Notes under the pieces: generated by a model
What the model was told of the DNA's origin: nothing
Database searches by the model: none
The model's input: the letters and a program-made list of their open reading frames with translations, nothing else
Part shown: in pieces, positions 27,043 through 40,943 of the stretch
Position numbering within the stretch: the first letter of the stretch is position 1
Layout: each line of letters starts with the position of its first letter
Program-made: the position numbers and the translations under genes
Assembly (NCBI GenBank): GCA_024679065.1
Contig: JAGIQG010000001.1
Coordinates: 162,750,001 to 162,814,000, forward strand
DNA from: Sphyrna mokarran
Lineage: Eukaryota
Direction: 5' to 3'
DNA: 64,000 bases

Positions 27043-27110
27043 CTCCTGAATGGCAGCCATGACAACATGCTGAACTGACTCTTCCATCATCATAATAGTT
27101 TGAATTTGTT
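27043..27110 (-). CDS. HOOK3: HOOK3 exon 6 (EQIQTIMMMEESVQHVVMAAIQE)
   Basis: 68 nt; acceptor tattttgcag, donor gtgggt; end of the Hook domain. Confidence 0.96.
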
Positions 27111-27659
27111 CTGCAAAATAAATTAACATAAATTTTTGCTACTTATCTAAAAAGTACATATGCAATATACAATTTATTTGTATATAAATTAAATTGTAAG
27201 TCTTTTCCAATACATATGAGCCCAAAGATTTGGAGTATGGTGTATTGTGCATAGAAATGATTGTATCTATAATTAAAACTCAGGCAAACACTGTTGGCGT
27301 AGTACCAAAGAAACGAACAACCAACTGATAAAAAGAAATGTCACTATCGAAAATAACTTTTTAGGTCACAAGTTTAGTGACAAGAAGTTCCGGCAGCACA
27401 ATCTTGACAACAAGTTTTTCACCCATTTCTACATAGAGCAACTCCTGCAAACATTGGCATATTTCTGTAAAAGTGTTTCGTTCAGAATTTTCTTTTACTG
27501 TACAATGGAAAAATCAAAGACATCAAGAAACTCATCAGAAACTCACTGATGCCTCCAAATTAAAAATAAACTACGCTCTGGGCTGAAATTCCAAAGTTGC
27601 ACTGAGAATGTCAGGAAAGTCATTAAATAAAGAGAAATAAGCAAGGTATTTTCTAGTTG

Positions 27660-28640
27660 ATAAGCTGTTACTGGGCACCCGAAGGATCAGTACCTAGACC
27701 TCAGTTATTTCCAATACTTTACAATATTAATGACATAGATGAGGGCACTGAATATAACTTTTACAAATTTGCTGGTGATACAAAGTTAGATGGGAAAGTA
27801 AATGGTTAGAAGGATGCAAAGAGAATGGAGAGGGATACAGTCAGGTTGAGCAAGTTGGCAAGACAATGGCAGATGTAAAATTGTGCATGTTGGTAGAAAA
27901 AAAATGAAAAAGCAGAATGCTTGATGTGAATGATTAGCAACTGGGAAATATTTCCATCAAAATGACCTGGGTGGTCTTGTACATGAATCACAAAAAGTTA
28001 ATTTTCAGTTACTCTAAGTGATTAAGAAGGCAAATTGCATGTTACCCTTAGTAACAAAAGTTTGGGAGATAAGAGTGAAGAGGTCTTACAATAATTATGC
28101 AAGGCACAGGTAAGACTAAACCTGATGATTGTATGCAGTTTTTCTCTTCGGAGCCAAGGGGGACATATTTACTCTCGAAGAAATGCAACAAAGGTTTACC
28201 ACACAGGTTCCTGGGATGAGTACGTTATTCTATGAGGAAAAATTAAGCGGAATAGATTTATATTCCCTGAAGTTGAAAAGAATGAGAGGTGATACAACTG
28301 AAGCAGATAAAATTCTTTAGTGCGTAACAGGGTAGATGCTGAGAAAATATTTTCCGAGTTGGGGAATCTAAAACGTGGGGTCATAATCTCAGAATAAGGA
28401 GTAAACCATGAAGAGATTTTTTTCCATTCTTGTCAATCTTCAAAATTCTCCACCACAGAACCACCAGTGTGCTCCATTGTTGAGCACATTCGAGACAAGG
28501 TGAACTAAGAAAATGAAGGAATAAGGAAATCATGCAGGATGGCAGAATGGGGATAGATCTGCCATGAACTTGTTAAATGGCAAGAAAGCTCAAAGAGCCA
28601 AATGGCATCCCCCTGCTTCTACTTTGTATATTTTATGTTA
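27660..28640 (+). mobile_element. Old CR1 RT/3' fragment
   Basis: aaatttgctggtgatacaaag (KFADD-like) and LKRMRGD; 3' tail. Confidence 0.75.
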
Positions 28641-28878
28641 TTTACCTATTGTTTTCATATTTATTAAATCTTTGATCATTTTCCATTGCATTTGGTTTCA
28701 TACAAGTTATCTAGTTGGTTTCTCATCTATATTCTATACACACATAAATATTTATAATTTTGTTTTTGTCTCTATTATTAGTCCTCAATGTTTTCACCAA
28801 CATTAAAATCATATACCCAAAGTAGCCCAAAGAAAGATCTTGCATTTATATAGTACATCAGCATGTCTTCAGGACATA

Positions 28879-29873
28879 AACAAAGAACAAAACATCACGG
28901 GAAACAGGTCATTCAGCCCAACAAGCCCACGCCGCCACTCTGATGTTCCCACCTCTACCCGCAATCCCTGTCCATGTTTATAGATCTATGGATTAAAAAC
29001 CAAATTTGAGACAATTTAGGGAGAATTTGTTCTGCCAATTGGCCTAAGAGCACATCTTTGGGATGCAGGAGGAAACCAGAGCACCCAGAGAAAACCCACG
29101 CAAGCACGGGGAGAATGCGCAAACTCCCACAGACACAGGCCCAAATCCATGTATCTGCACAGCACAGCGATAGTGACTGAGCTGTCGTGTTGCCCATCAA
29201 ATGGTCAAGGTCAAGCGTACACTAACGATGTGAAGTACTAGGATACTCTTGAAAAAAAAAAGTCCAAGAGCAGCCCTCTCACGCCCCATCGCGTGTATGC
29301 CCCTCGTTAGACAACAAGGTGGACCAAAGCACCTGTAGGATATAAACAAGTACATCAATATCATCATCTATTTACACACTTCCCAGGGACTCCCAAGGCT
29401 CATGATCCCCATTTTAAATCAGTTTTCTACACCCTTCCATTCCCATTCTGTTCATGTGCCCATCTAAGTATTTCTTAAATAACTCCAGAGTGCCTGCCTC
29501 CACCACTTTACTTGGCAACGCATTCCATACCCCCACCACCCTCTGTGTGAAAAAACTCCCTCTAGCATCCAAATTATACTTTACCTCCCTCACCCTAAGC
29601 CCGTGACCCCTCGTGCTATTCGAGTCCATCCTAGGAAAAAGCTTAACCCTGTTTACTCTATCTATTCCCCTCATAATCTTGTACACCTCTATTAGATCTC
29701 CTCTAAGTCTACGTCTTTCTAAGGAAAACAGTCCCAATTTGCCTAACCTCTCCTCGTAACTCGGACCTTCCATACCAGGCAGCATCCTGGTAAACATCCT
29801 CTGCAGTCTCTCCAGAGTCTCCACGTCCTTCCAGTAGTAGGGCGACCAGAACTGGACGCAGTATTCCAAATGA
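28879..29873 (-). mobile_element. Young CR1-clade LINE, copy C (5'-truncated)
   Basis: Open RT C-terminus (29414..29869; EYCVQFWSP...LRGDLIEVYKIM...FFTQRVVGVWNALP) followed by the shared 3' UTR. Confidence 0.93.
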
Positions 29874-29995
29874 TCTTAAAATATTTTACAATCAAGAATT
29901 ATCTTTTGATGTGCAGCCACTGTTTTAAAAAAACTGCTTATGCATAGGAGAGGTCCCACAAATAGGATACCATTGAGTATCTTGTCTAACTTTAC

Positions 29996-30128
29996 CTTGT
30001 TTTTGTTCACAGTTGACAGCACAGCCAAGAATAAGCTGAAGCATTCGCCCAAGTTCTGCTGCATCCGAGTGTTCTCCTATTAAATTAACATCTGGCAGAG
30101 GGAAGTCAGTAATCTGTTGTCCCAGGAC
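29996..30128 (-). CDS. HOOK3: HOOK3 exon 5 (VLGQQITDFPLPDVNLIGEHSDAAELGRMLQLILGCAVNCEQKQ)
   Basis: 133 nt; acceptor tgtttatag, donor gtaaag; conserved ELGRMLQLILGCAVNC. Confidence 0.97.
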
Positions 30129-31321
30129 CTATAAACAGATTGAAATAAAACGCAACAATATAATTTACACGTATGAAATCAGAAGTCCTACTAGCATTGT
30201 GATGCACCAAAGATTTTGCTTGGAATGTAATCCATGTTAATGAACTTCAGTTTTGTGCGTGTAATTGTCTTGGAAGAGCCAATTCGAGAAAAAATATCTT
30301 CTGGAACATAAGTTGCGCTGTCCAAATTACTTTTTCCTTCTAAGTCTTTCTGAAGTTTGTGACACAGGTGAAATGCTTTTGGTGCAAAGGAATCCACAGA
30401 TGATTGCAATCATAATATTCAGGATCAATTTGTGGAGGTATTTCATTAATTTATCCACAGAAAGAACATAATTAACCTCCTCAAAATTAAAGATTTAGCT
30501 GTGACTATTATAATTCTAGTCTTTAAATCATATGTTTCAGATACAATAAGGCAAATATTTTTGTTTAAATTCTTTATATTCTCAACATTTGTGTGCTAAA
30601 CCTATTGCAGGATTGTTTTTAGGTTTTGTCTGCAGAGCTTCATAACAGACATAGAATGAAGACTTCAATGCAGTTGCATCATGCGAGAGCAGAAACCTAA
30701 AGAATTTTGCCATTAAAATATAAAAACATTGGGCTTGTGTTTTTTTTAAAAGTGCAAAAGACATTGTCTAGCAGAAAATGTGAATTCAGCATTCATACAA
30801 AAAGATAAGATGGTAAACAAATGTTATGTTTAGTTTAAATTCATTCTGTGTACTTTGGTTAAAGGCTGAAGTTGAACATACAAGTCTCAAAGACTGTAAA
30901 TGAGATTAGTTTGAGTTAACAAGGCTGATTTCACTTATTTTCTGTTGGCTTTTTACCAGTTTATTTTAAATGAGGTTTTATTCTTTTTTGCATTCAGTTT
31001 TCCAGAAACTTTGGAAAGCATAAACTACTTTATTACAGACCAATGTCAGAAGTATATGCTTGTTCAGAAGGAATTCATTCAGGTGTTTCATAGAAAGTGG
31101 AATACAAACACTAAGGCATATAGCATCAGAGGAAATTATGCTGCAAGGAGAGAGGGAGGAAGAACTATAGAATAACAAGGCCTTCACCAGACTGCTACAG
31201 TTCAAGGGAAAAGGCCATCATAATCTTCTATTGGCAACTAGGTATGGAAATAAATAATTTGTACAGGGGCACCAAAATCTCAAGAACAAGAACAATAAGC
31301 AAAAACACTGGATGCCACTAT

Positions 31322-31632
31322 TAGAATTCCTACTGTGCAGAAGGAGGCTATTCAGCCCATCGAGTCTGTACCAACAATAATTTCACCCATGCCCTACTCT
31401 TATAACCCCTCATACTGATCCTGCTAATCCATCCAACACTAAAGATCAATTTAGCATGGTCAATCCACTTAACATACACATCTTTGGACTGTGGGAGGAA
31501 ACCAGAGCATCTGGAGGAAACCCATACAGACATGGGAAGAACATGCAAACTCCACACAGACAGTTACTTGAAGCTAGAATTGAACTCATGCTCCTGGCAC
31601 TGAGAGACAGCAATGCTAACCACTGCGCCATT
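31322..31632 (-). mobile_element. tRNA-derived V-SINE (HE1-like)
   Basis: Reverse complement of the same head, V-domain and tail as 2505-2846. Confidence 0.85.
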
Positions 31633-32208
31633 CAAATATGCATCATCATATGATACCTGCATAATAATAACTTTGGTATAGTGTGTGTACACGCTAGTGT
31701 GTCTGAAATGTATAGAATCTGAAACAATGCAGTGTTATTTGGTAGTTTTTCCCATATTCAACAACCTGCAAGAGGTCTTCTAGAATCCATTTACTTCCAT
31801 ATATTTATAAAGCTTAATGATCTGGCAACTGTCAACTGAACAATAGGAAGTGTCGCTATGGAAGGGTGAAGAATGAGTACAAATAAAATATAAAAGCAAT
31901 ATCAATTTTAATTGGGAGAACATTACACAATGGCACTCTGATCTTGTTTCAAAAAAAAAAAAGCCCCCATGTCAGTTGGACAGAAATTAGAAAACAGCAG
32001 CTCAGCAACTCTCGTCACTACCATACATATAGTACAAGAACTGAGATTCCCTTTGGTTTCAGTCATCACTGCAAACAGAGAACCTGAGAAATGTTTGATA
32101 ATCAGTCATCTTTTATGTCAGGGGTAGCCATGTTCTACAGATAAGACTAAACCTTAAACTGTATATATAGTGATTACTTCCAAATGGATTTAAGCAAAAA
32201 CATCTCAC

Positions 32209-32259
32209 CTCATGGTAGTAATCCAGAATTCCTTTTAAAATTTTCTTCAAATTGCTGAC
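32209..32259 (-). CDS. HOOK3: HOOK3 exon 4 (VSNLKKILKGILDYYHE)
   Basis: 51 nt; acceptor ttcttttgcag, donor gtgaga. Confidence 0.95.
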
Positions 32260-33327
32260 CTGCAAAAGAAAAAGATGTATAAACATGGTACAACAAAGCA
32301 GGCTGACAATTCAACAATTCAAACAACAAACAATTCTCTAAATAGAGGAAATAGATGAAAGACTGACCATGTCTAATGGTGCTGATTTTTTTTTGCCAGT
32401 GTTTTCAACACCATGATGCATTGTACCAGGCTTTTACCATGAACAGTGAAGCTTTGCAAAAGAGATACGAGACAACTTCAGGTGCCTGAAATTCAGCCAA
32501 ATTACTTGAGGTTGCACATAACCGACAAATTTGTTATTCAGTTCAATACTTAACTGATTTCAAATATTGTATTACAATTAATCAATCATTCAACAAGTTT
32601 TGCATATCTTGAGCATCTGTAAAGGAGATTTCTGGTGTCACTACTGAAGAAGCAGCAAGGAAACTAGGAAGTTTACTGTGGTAACAGATTATATTTTTAT
32701 TTGAAATTAAGAGGCAAATTAGTTTCATTTTCCAGAGCACTAGATTGCATAGCTTGAGGTATCATATTATTCACTCTTTGAAAAAAATAACTTCTACCAC
32801 AAACAATATTGCAAATTGCTTTTGTGCTGAACAGTCAAATTAGCTTTCATCACCACCGTATTAGCTTTATTCTGGGACATGCAATTTGTTCTGTTGCTGG
32901 ATGAGGCAGCACTAAAACCTTATGTAGAGAAAGGCACTAAAAATAAAATGAAGTAAACTAAGCTCCAAACTACAGCAAAAGCAAACTACTGCGAATGTTA
33001 AAATCTGAAATAAAAGCAATGGGAAAAAAAAGTGCTGGAAATATTGAGGTTAGACAGCACCTGTGGAAAGAAACAGAGTAAATGCTCCAAGTCAATGAGA
33101 GTGGTTCAACTCTTCACAAATGCTGTCTGACCTGCTGAATATTTCCAAAACTTCCTGCTTTATTCCAAACTATGAGTCTGAAAAAGAAATTAAAGATGGT
33201 GCCAGAAGGGGTTTTGCATGTGGATGGCAAACCTTTTCCACAGAACTTGCTGGGTACTAAAAATGAATTAGTGCTGCAGAAGAACATCTTAAATTCAGTT
33301 CCATGCTTGAGAGACTTTGATTGACGT

Positions 33328-33632
33328 ATAGAACCACAGAAGGATGCCATTCAGCCCATTGAGTCTGCACCAACCACAATCCCACCAGGCCCTATTCCTG
33401 TAAACCTTCATAGTAACCCTTATCCCCCTGATACTAAGGTTAATTTAGTGTGGCCAATGAACCTAACAGACATATCTCTGGACTGATGGGGAAAATTGAA
33501 GCACCCAGAGGAAACACACGCAGACACGGGAAGAATGTACAGAGTACACATGAACAGTAACCTGAGGTTGGAATTGAAACCGGGTCCCTGGTGCTCGGAG
33601 GCAGCAGTGTTAACCACTGTGCCATCGTGCTG
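33328..33632 (-). mobile_element. tRNA-derived V-SINE (HE1-like)
   Basis: Head gcacgatggcacagtggttaacactgctgcc, B box ggtttcaattcc, V-domain, CR1-type tail. Confidence 0.85.
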
Positions 33633-33639
33633 TGGATAT

Positions 33640-34460
33640 CCTTATTGCAAAAGTGTAAGTGGAAAAACTACATCTGAATTCTATTGGATAATCCTGATGC
33701 ATATCTCTCTCTGGGAGCTCCTTTCTTCATCTGGGTGGATGGGATATTGATACAGGCACTGATTTGCTGTAATTCATCCTAGAGAATTTTCTTTGTTTTG
33801 TTGGGAGAAGGAGGGTGTCTCTCTCTCTCTCTGAGATACCCTGGATTTCTTGATGATGATTCTTCTCGTTCGTAGTTGGGGTTCCTTGGTGGAAAATTGT
33901 TTAAGTTTTCCAGTGATGGGGAACCTAATCAGTGCTTCTGATATGGCTATAGAGGAGGTAGGTTTGTAACACTGCAAGCCTAGACGAGGTGTATGAATCC
34001 TTAGCTTATTGGTTCCTATACACAAGTATATGCTGACATGCCACATACTGTGCTGAAGGTAGTATCCCGATTCCTCCTTTTTCTGGGTTATCCTTTCATT
34101 GCTTAGAAGTCCTGAGAAGTTGACTTAGACCCAGGTTGGTTATATATTATCCCACAAGGGATCTCTGTATTGCCTAAGTTATTCTGCGGAGAAGAGCGTA
34201 CAATATTAGGCCATATGTTCATCATTGTATCCTTTTATCCCCATTCTTCTTTGCAGACCTTCTTTATCTGTATGAGAGGAGATGTCAACTATAACAATTG
34301 CAATGCTTGATAACTGGAATCATTTGTATGAATATTTCCTTGCCTTTTCTGTATGTTTTTGTAGAATAATAGTCATACCATACTGATGATTTTATAGATT
34401 TGGGGAATTTGTTGGATTTTGTGGCCATTGTAGAATGGAAAACTTTAATAAAAAGTCTTC
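33640..34460 (+). mobile_element. Possible decayed L1/Tx1-like LINE 3' end
   Basis: Coding-like composition ending in a T-rich UTR with aataaaaag..caaaaaa; no diagnostic motif could be read confidently. Confidence 0.35.
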
Positions 34461-35519
34461 AAAAAATCTCAGGGATCCAAACACTGGCTGTGGGAGCTGT
34501 GCACATACCCTCAAAACTTTATATTGCCAAGTATGATCTGTACTTAGTTCTTTAACATTACAGAATGAATTTCTCGCATATCCATTTTGATAATGCGTCA
34601 GTCCTGGAATGTCTGCTAGTGATATGCCCCACTTTTATTCAAGGTTTACTAATTGCATGAAATCAGCATGGGCATAGGAACAGAAGTAGGTCATTCAGCT
34701 CCTTGAACCTGTATTGTCATTCAATTACATCACTGATTATCTGTAGCTCAACTCCATTTAGATGCCTTTATTCCTATCCCTTGATGTCGTTACCTAACAA
34801 AATTCTAGCCATTTTCATCTTGAAAACAGATCTGATATTCATGTCTTCTGACAGTCAAGAGTTTCAGGTTTCCACTAATATTTGTGAAAAAAATAAATCC
34901 TAACTTCGCTCTTAACTGGGCCAGTTCTAATGCTATTATGCCTTGTTCTGGATTCCCCAGCAGAAAAAATAGTTTATTTGCACCCCATTAAATCCTTTTA
35001 TAATTTTAAATATATTGATTATCTCTCAATCTTCTAAAACAATACAAGATAGATAAATGCAACTAATCCTCACAATTTAAGTTCTACTATAATTCTTGCT
35101 GTGTACCCCAATATATTTTCCCGACATCTGGTACTCAAATAGTTTATTGTGCAGAACCTTAACAGAAATCTTTTGGGAGTCTAAATGGGCAACGTGTATC
35201 GACACTTCTTTACCCACCTAATAAAATTTCAAAAAATTTCAATTAAATTACTCAGACATGATCAAACTTGACTATTGCAGTCTGACTCACTTTGATCTGC
35301 GCATGCGTGTCCAAGTCCTTAGTTACGGGTCCCTGATGATTCATTCCAGTAATCTCCCCACCATTATGGTGATAAATTAAAACTGTAATTACCTGGCTGC
35401 TCCCTTTCTCACATTAGCTGATAATCTAATTGTAAGAGAATCCTGGGAAAGAGTGACCAAAATAAGATAGAATTATTAATCAAGGTGGACAGTGAGGTGG
35501 TTGAATTTGAGACCAGGGT

Positions 35520-36740
35520 CCTAAATCTCAACGAAGGTAACAATGATGGTATGAGTTGGCAATGATGGTCCGGAAAACATCACTGAAAGGAAGACTACTG
35601 GATAGACAATGGCGGGCATTCAAGGAACAAGTAAATGAACAACAAAAGTTGTTTATTCCTAATTGGTGCGAGAGTGGAAAGGGAACTGTGGCCAACCAAT
35701 GGCTTAGAAGGGAAATTAGAGATAGCATTAGGTTCGAAGAAGCAGCATACAAATTGGCAAGAAAGAGCAATAGACCCGAGAATTGAGAGCAGTTTAAAAT
35801 TCAGTAAAGATGGACCAAAGGATTGATTAAGTAGGGGAATATAGTGTATGAAAATAAGCAAGCAAAGAACATTAAAAACTAACTGTAAAAGTTTCCATTG
35901 GTATGTAAAGAAAAAAAGAATGCAGGCTCCTTACAGTCATAAACAGGAGAACTTATAACAGAGAACAAAGAAATAGCTGAGGAACTAAATTTGCACTTTG
36001 CTTCTATCATCATAAAGGAAGACAAATAATGTATCAAAAGTTCTGAGAAATACAAGTTTTAGTGAGGAACTGAAGGAAATGGGCATTAGTAGAAAAATAG
36101 TTTTGGGGAAATGAATAGGATTGAAGGCGGATAAATCTCCAGGGCCTGATAATCTTCTTCCCAGTCCTTTAAGGAAGTGGCCCTAGAAATAGATCCATTG
36201 GAGGACACTGTGCAAATTCTTTGGACTCCGGACTGGTTCCTATAGATTGGAGAGTAGCTAACGTAAGCCCATTGTTCAAAAATGGAACTGGAGAGAAAAG
36301 AAGGAACTGTAGACCAGTGAGCCTAATGTCGGCCATAGAGAATTGCTCAAGTTTATTATCAAACATTTCATAGCACTGCATTTAGAAACCATTGGTATAA
36401 TCAAAGTCAGCATGGATTTAAAAAAGGAAAATCAGGCTTCACAAATTTACTGGAATTCTTTGAGGATATAACTAGTAGAATTAACCAGGGAGAACAGGAG
36501 TCATAGTTTGAGGATCAGGGGTAAATCTTTTAGATCTGAGGTGAGGAGAAATTTCTTTACCCAGAATATGTTGAATCTATGGAATTCAAAGTAGTTGAGG
36601 ACAAAACATTGTGTGATGTGTGCTTTGCCTTTGGGGCTAAAGGAATCAAGGGATATGGGAAAAGCGGGATCAGGGTATTGAATTTGAGCAACAGCCATCA
36701 TCATAATGAATGGTGGAGCAGAGTCAAAGGGCTGAATGTT
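35520..36740 (+). mobile_element. CR1 ORF2 fragment with a large internal deletion, plus 3' tail
   Basis: KSPGPD- and NCRPVSL-like segments joined near 36497 to the GHSLRIRG/RRNFFTQ region and tail. Confidence 0.75.
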
Positions 36741-39700
36741 TCTGTGTAAATAATAAAGACAAATTTGCAATTCCCAACCCACAGACAAAATTCAAGAGCT
36801 GAGATTTAGAAAATTATACGAAATAGCCTCCAGATGCATAAAATGTCTCATTAACAGATCAATTTTTCAAATCTCAAACTATCCTCAAACTATGATCCAT
36901 ATAAGATTAATAATATTTATAGTTTAAAACTTGTTGAAAGAATTTGGATGCTTAAGGAAGAAAAAAATGGACATAGTAACAGAGCAGAACATGGTTAAAA
37001 GAATGAATAATAAAGGAAAGAACACAAGCTTGTCCCAAATTAGAATGCATGAAGGTCTTTGGTTACTGTCTGGTATGTTTAAGAGAAAGCACAATCAAGA
37101 TAACTGATTGGAGCCTTTAATAACTACAAGGCCAGAACAAAAAAACTATTAACTGCAACAAAGAAATCAAGCTCGAGAAACTTCAATGTCAGAATTAAAA
37201 ACAAACCCAAATATTTCTATGTCCATAGCAGACCAAGAAAACAAACAAAAAAAACTTATGAGTATTGGCAGAACTACATGTTTCATTAGGATAAAATGGC
37301 ATCGGTGAGGAGCTTCTTAGCTCTTATGAATAAAGATTTGGTAACTCAGTTATTCTTGTGCTGAATTCACAATAAAAGTTATTTGAGAAGCTATAGTTTC
37401 CTTCTGATAAATACTGCCATGTATAAAAATAAAATATAAATTTTCAGTATCAGAAAAAGGTTCTTGATTTTTCAAATCCTGAACTAGATTGAGAGAGAAA
37501 TCACTTTGTTTCCTGGCAAATTGAGAATAAGCGTTGATAGGTATCAGCCAACCGTCAATAGTTGGTAATGCTTAGTCCACATCCCACATCAGCTAAAGAT
37601 TGAAGGACTATCCCTTCATGACAGTTAGGTAAGTTGTGAGGTCAGGAGTTGAAATAATCATATCCTGGTGCAACTGCCTTAACTAACATTCTGGAAAATT
37701 AATTTTAATCTACAGGCTGTGTGCAGCAATTCCACACACTCCAGATTACAAGCAGGGCTGGAATTTAAACTGAAATCATTGATGCAAGGCAACCAAAGTA
37801 ACAAGAGCACTTTGAGGACTTTGAACCACACGCAAACTCTCAGTTTGAGGAAATAAGTTTTGGAAGTTTAGAGAGCTCAGTAAGTTTATAAAAGTGGAGT
37901 TTTCCACCTTTATTCCCAAATGGGGACAAATAATTTGTGGACACAAATCATTACCCCTCTGGAATTCCAGTCAGGAAGCCAAAGTAGAGAAAAGAAACTC
38001 AAGTATGGAAACTGCTTCAAATTCTATAGACATTTGGTCAAATAATAACATTCCTGAATATAATGCTTTATAAGAGCATTGTATTTTCAACTGTTTCCTT
38101 AATTTAAGGTAAAATGGTGTAAAGAAGAAAGATATGTGATCTGCTGCCATTTTTGTCCGATGACAAGTGTGTATAGAAATGGAACACATGGAAATTTACA
38201 AACTCAAGATCCATTCTGTTGTGGTTGAGGGAACGAATCACTGAAGCGAGCCATGTTGCTGGAGATTGGTTTGTGATTTTTAAGATTGAAGGGAAGGATC
38301 CTCAGAGGTCACTTTACAGCAGTCATGAAATTCATGCTTCTTTGGATTAATGTTTAAAACAACATTATTCATATTATATACTGAACCTGATTCTTGGCTT
38401 TATGAAGAAGACCATATTGATCCTGATCAATTGATTTGCAGATAAAATCCATATTTATCTGTTGAGATCCATGTTAAAAAGATCTCCCATTCCAATTGCC
38501 CTTTATTATTTGCTCTTTTAAGATACTAGATTCCTCCCAAATATTTATTTTTTCTATCTGTACAAAAATAGCAAATACGGAGCTGCATGACCAGGATATC
38601 TTCTGAAGCAAAAATAAGAGATAACCAGGCCTCAATGATAAAAAATTGTTTAAAGTTTGCTTTACCACATTATAGTTCAAGCTATTGGATGTAATTGGAA
38701 CAGCATGATTAACTGAATGTTAGGCTGATTACAGTATGACTGTATTTTCTTAAAATCATTTAGAAGTAATCTTATCAAATAAGAAATGTTCTGATCCTAT
38801 ACCCTGCCCAGGCCCGACTGTCAAAACATGGAGGAAACTCTGAAACAGTTAATTCCTCCATCACTCATGCTAAGATGGAGAAGTCTCTTGCCCCAGTAAC
38901 TTAATAGAAACCATATTTTTTTCCTCATACTGGGTTCTGTTATAAACTGATTACTTTAGCAGGTCTGAAATCATGCACTACAGGTTGCATTCTACAAGCA
39001 AAAAGAAAAGATATCTTAAAACTGATAATCCAATCCTTCTCTAAGATGCTTTTTCATGCACAGTCCAAAAATGTACATCTCCAGCACCCGACATTATTTG
39101 ATGTCTATTTCTGCAATTTTCATGTATGTCTTCCACATATCCAAGTTCACATCTTCAATGTTCTCTTAACTGCTTTCGTGAGTTCAACTAAACGCAACCT
39201 CCATTGTATTTAAACTCTGTCACCCACAACACAGTTGTTCAGCTCTGACTTAGTTGTCCAAGAGTCAGAATGTTATGGGCTCATTCCTTATCAAGAGAGC
39301 GCAGCACAATCTTACTGGACATCTCACTGCTGTGCTGATGCTCTGTTAGAGCTGCTGTCATTCAGATTGGAAGTCAACTCAAAGTTAAAGATCCATTGAT
39401 GCTATTCAAGTAAAAGCAGAGAAGTTCTCCTGGTTTCCTGGTCAATTCACAATCCAGATTTTAAACAGTTGATTTTTTCCACTGCATTGGTAACTTGCTG
39501 TTCACAAATTGGGTACTAGGTATCAAGTGTTAAAATGTATCACTTCAAAGAACTTAATTAGATGTCAAAATGTTTTCAAACTACAGAAAGCACTATTTAA
39601 ATGTGCCTATGTGCTTCTTTCTTAACTTGCACTCAATTTTTGTCCTTCACTTCCACAGCCTCTGAAGTTGTTCAACACTGAATTCATACGTTTACGATGC

Positions 39701-40870
39701 CCCAGCTCAAACTGCAATTCCAACCACTTCTACGCCCCAATGCTGTTGCATCATCAGGGACAATCTTCAAGCCATTACCTTGCATACAGGAACTGATTTT
39801 CCTTAAGCCTCTCCATCTTATATTTTTCCTGTGTTTTGGAAGACACTCAACTTCCTTTTGATGTGATGGTTCAAGTTTTCAATGCCTGATTTATTGGCGA
39901 AGTTCTTATTCATAGAATCATTCAACAAGGGCTATTCATCCCAGCATGCCTGTACCAGGCCTTTGAAAGAGAAATGCAATGGCCCCCATTTTGATGCTGT
40001 TTTCCCAACAGTCTTGTAATTTTCTCCTTTTTAGGTATATATTTAATTCCCTTTAGGAAGTTAGCATTGAATTTGCTTCCACCACTCTTTCTCATTGTGC
40101 GTTCCAAACTGAGTAATTTAAAAAAAATCTCATTTGTCTTCTGGACCTCCTTTTGCCAATTGCCTCCTCTAGTTACTGATCCTAAGCCACTGAAGACAAC
40201 TTTTCCATTTCTACTCTACCAAAATCCTTCACAATTTTGAACTCATCTGTTAAACATTTCTGCTCCAAGAAGAAAAATCAAATTTCTCTGGTCTCTCCAC
40301 ACAAAGCAACTCATCCCCGGTAAACTGCTTCTGCACCTGCTCAAAGCTCTTAACATCGTTCCTGAATTCTGGTGCCCAGAATTGGAAAACAGTCTATTAG
40401 AGGCCTAACCAGTGATATATAAAAATTTGCTTTTTTCAACCTGTCCCTTTATTTATACATGCAAAGAAGCTACATTTTTTTGACCATCTTCACTACAGGG
40501 CCTCAAATTTATTCACTCTCTTTACAAAGGGTTATTATTATTGTCAGTGAATAAATTCTATGCTTTCAAATTACACTGTAGGGCTACCTCATTGAGGACA
40601 GAAATAAGCTAATAGTCATACTACTGGGCAAATTTATGGGCTTGGTTGATTTGTGGTTGATCTTGGAGGAGACTACATGAAGTCCTCTCGCTGGCAAATT
40701 AATTCATTTTCTTGAATAATTTTTCTTCTCAAAATAGCCTTATATCCAATTCTTAATTGCATCAAAATTTTCTATGATAAATTAAATGTTAATTGTCCTT
40801 CACTCTTGATTTTCTTCTGTAGGGGATTTTTAAATGAACAATGGTAAATAGATGCTATAAGGATAAATAC

Positions 40871-40943
40871 CCTCAGTCGCCAGTTATCCCCCACTTCCGT
40901 CTTGATACGACTCATCCATGTATCATCAAACCATGACTGATCT
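40871..40943 (-). CDS. HOOK3: HOOK3 exon 3 (DQSWFDDTWMSRIKTEVGDNWRLR)
   Basis: 73 nt; acceptor catttgcag, donor gtattt; RIKTEVGDNWRL motif; phase continues exon 2. Confidence 0.95.
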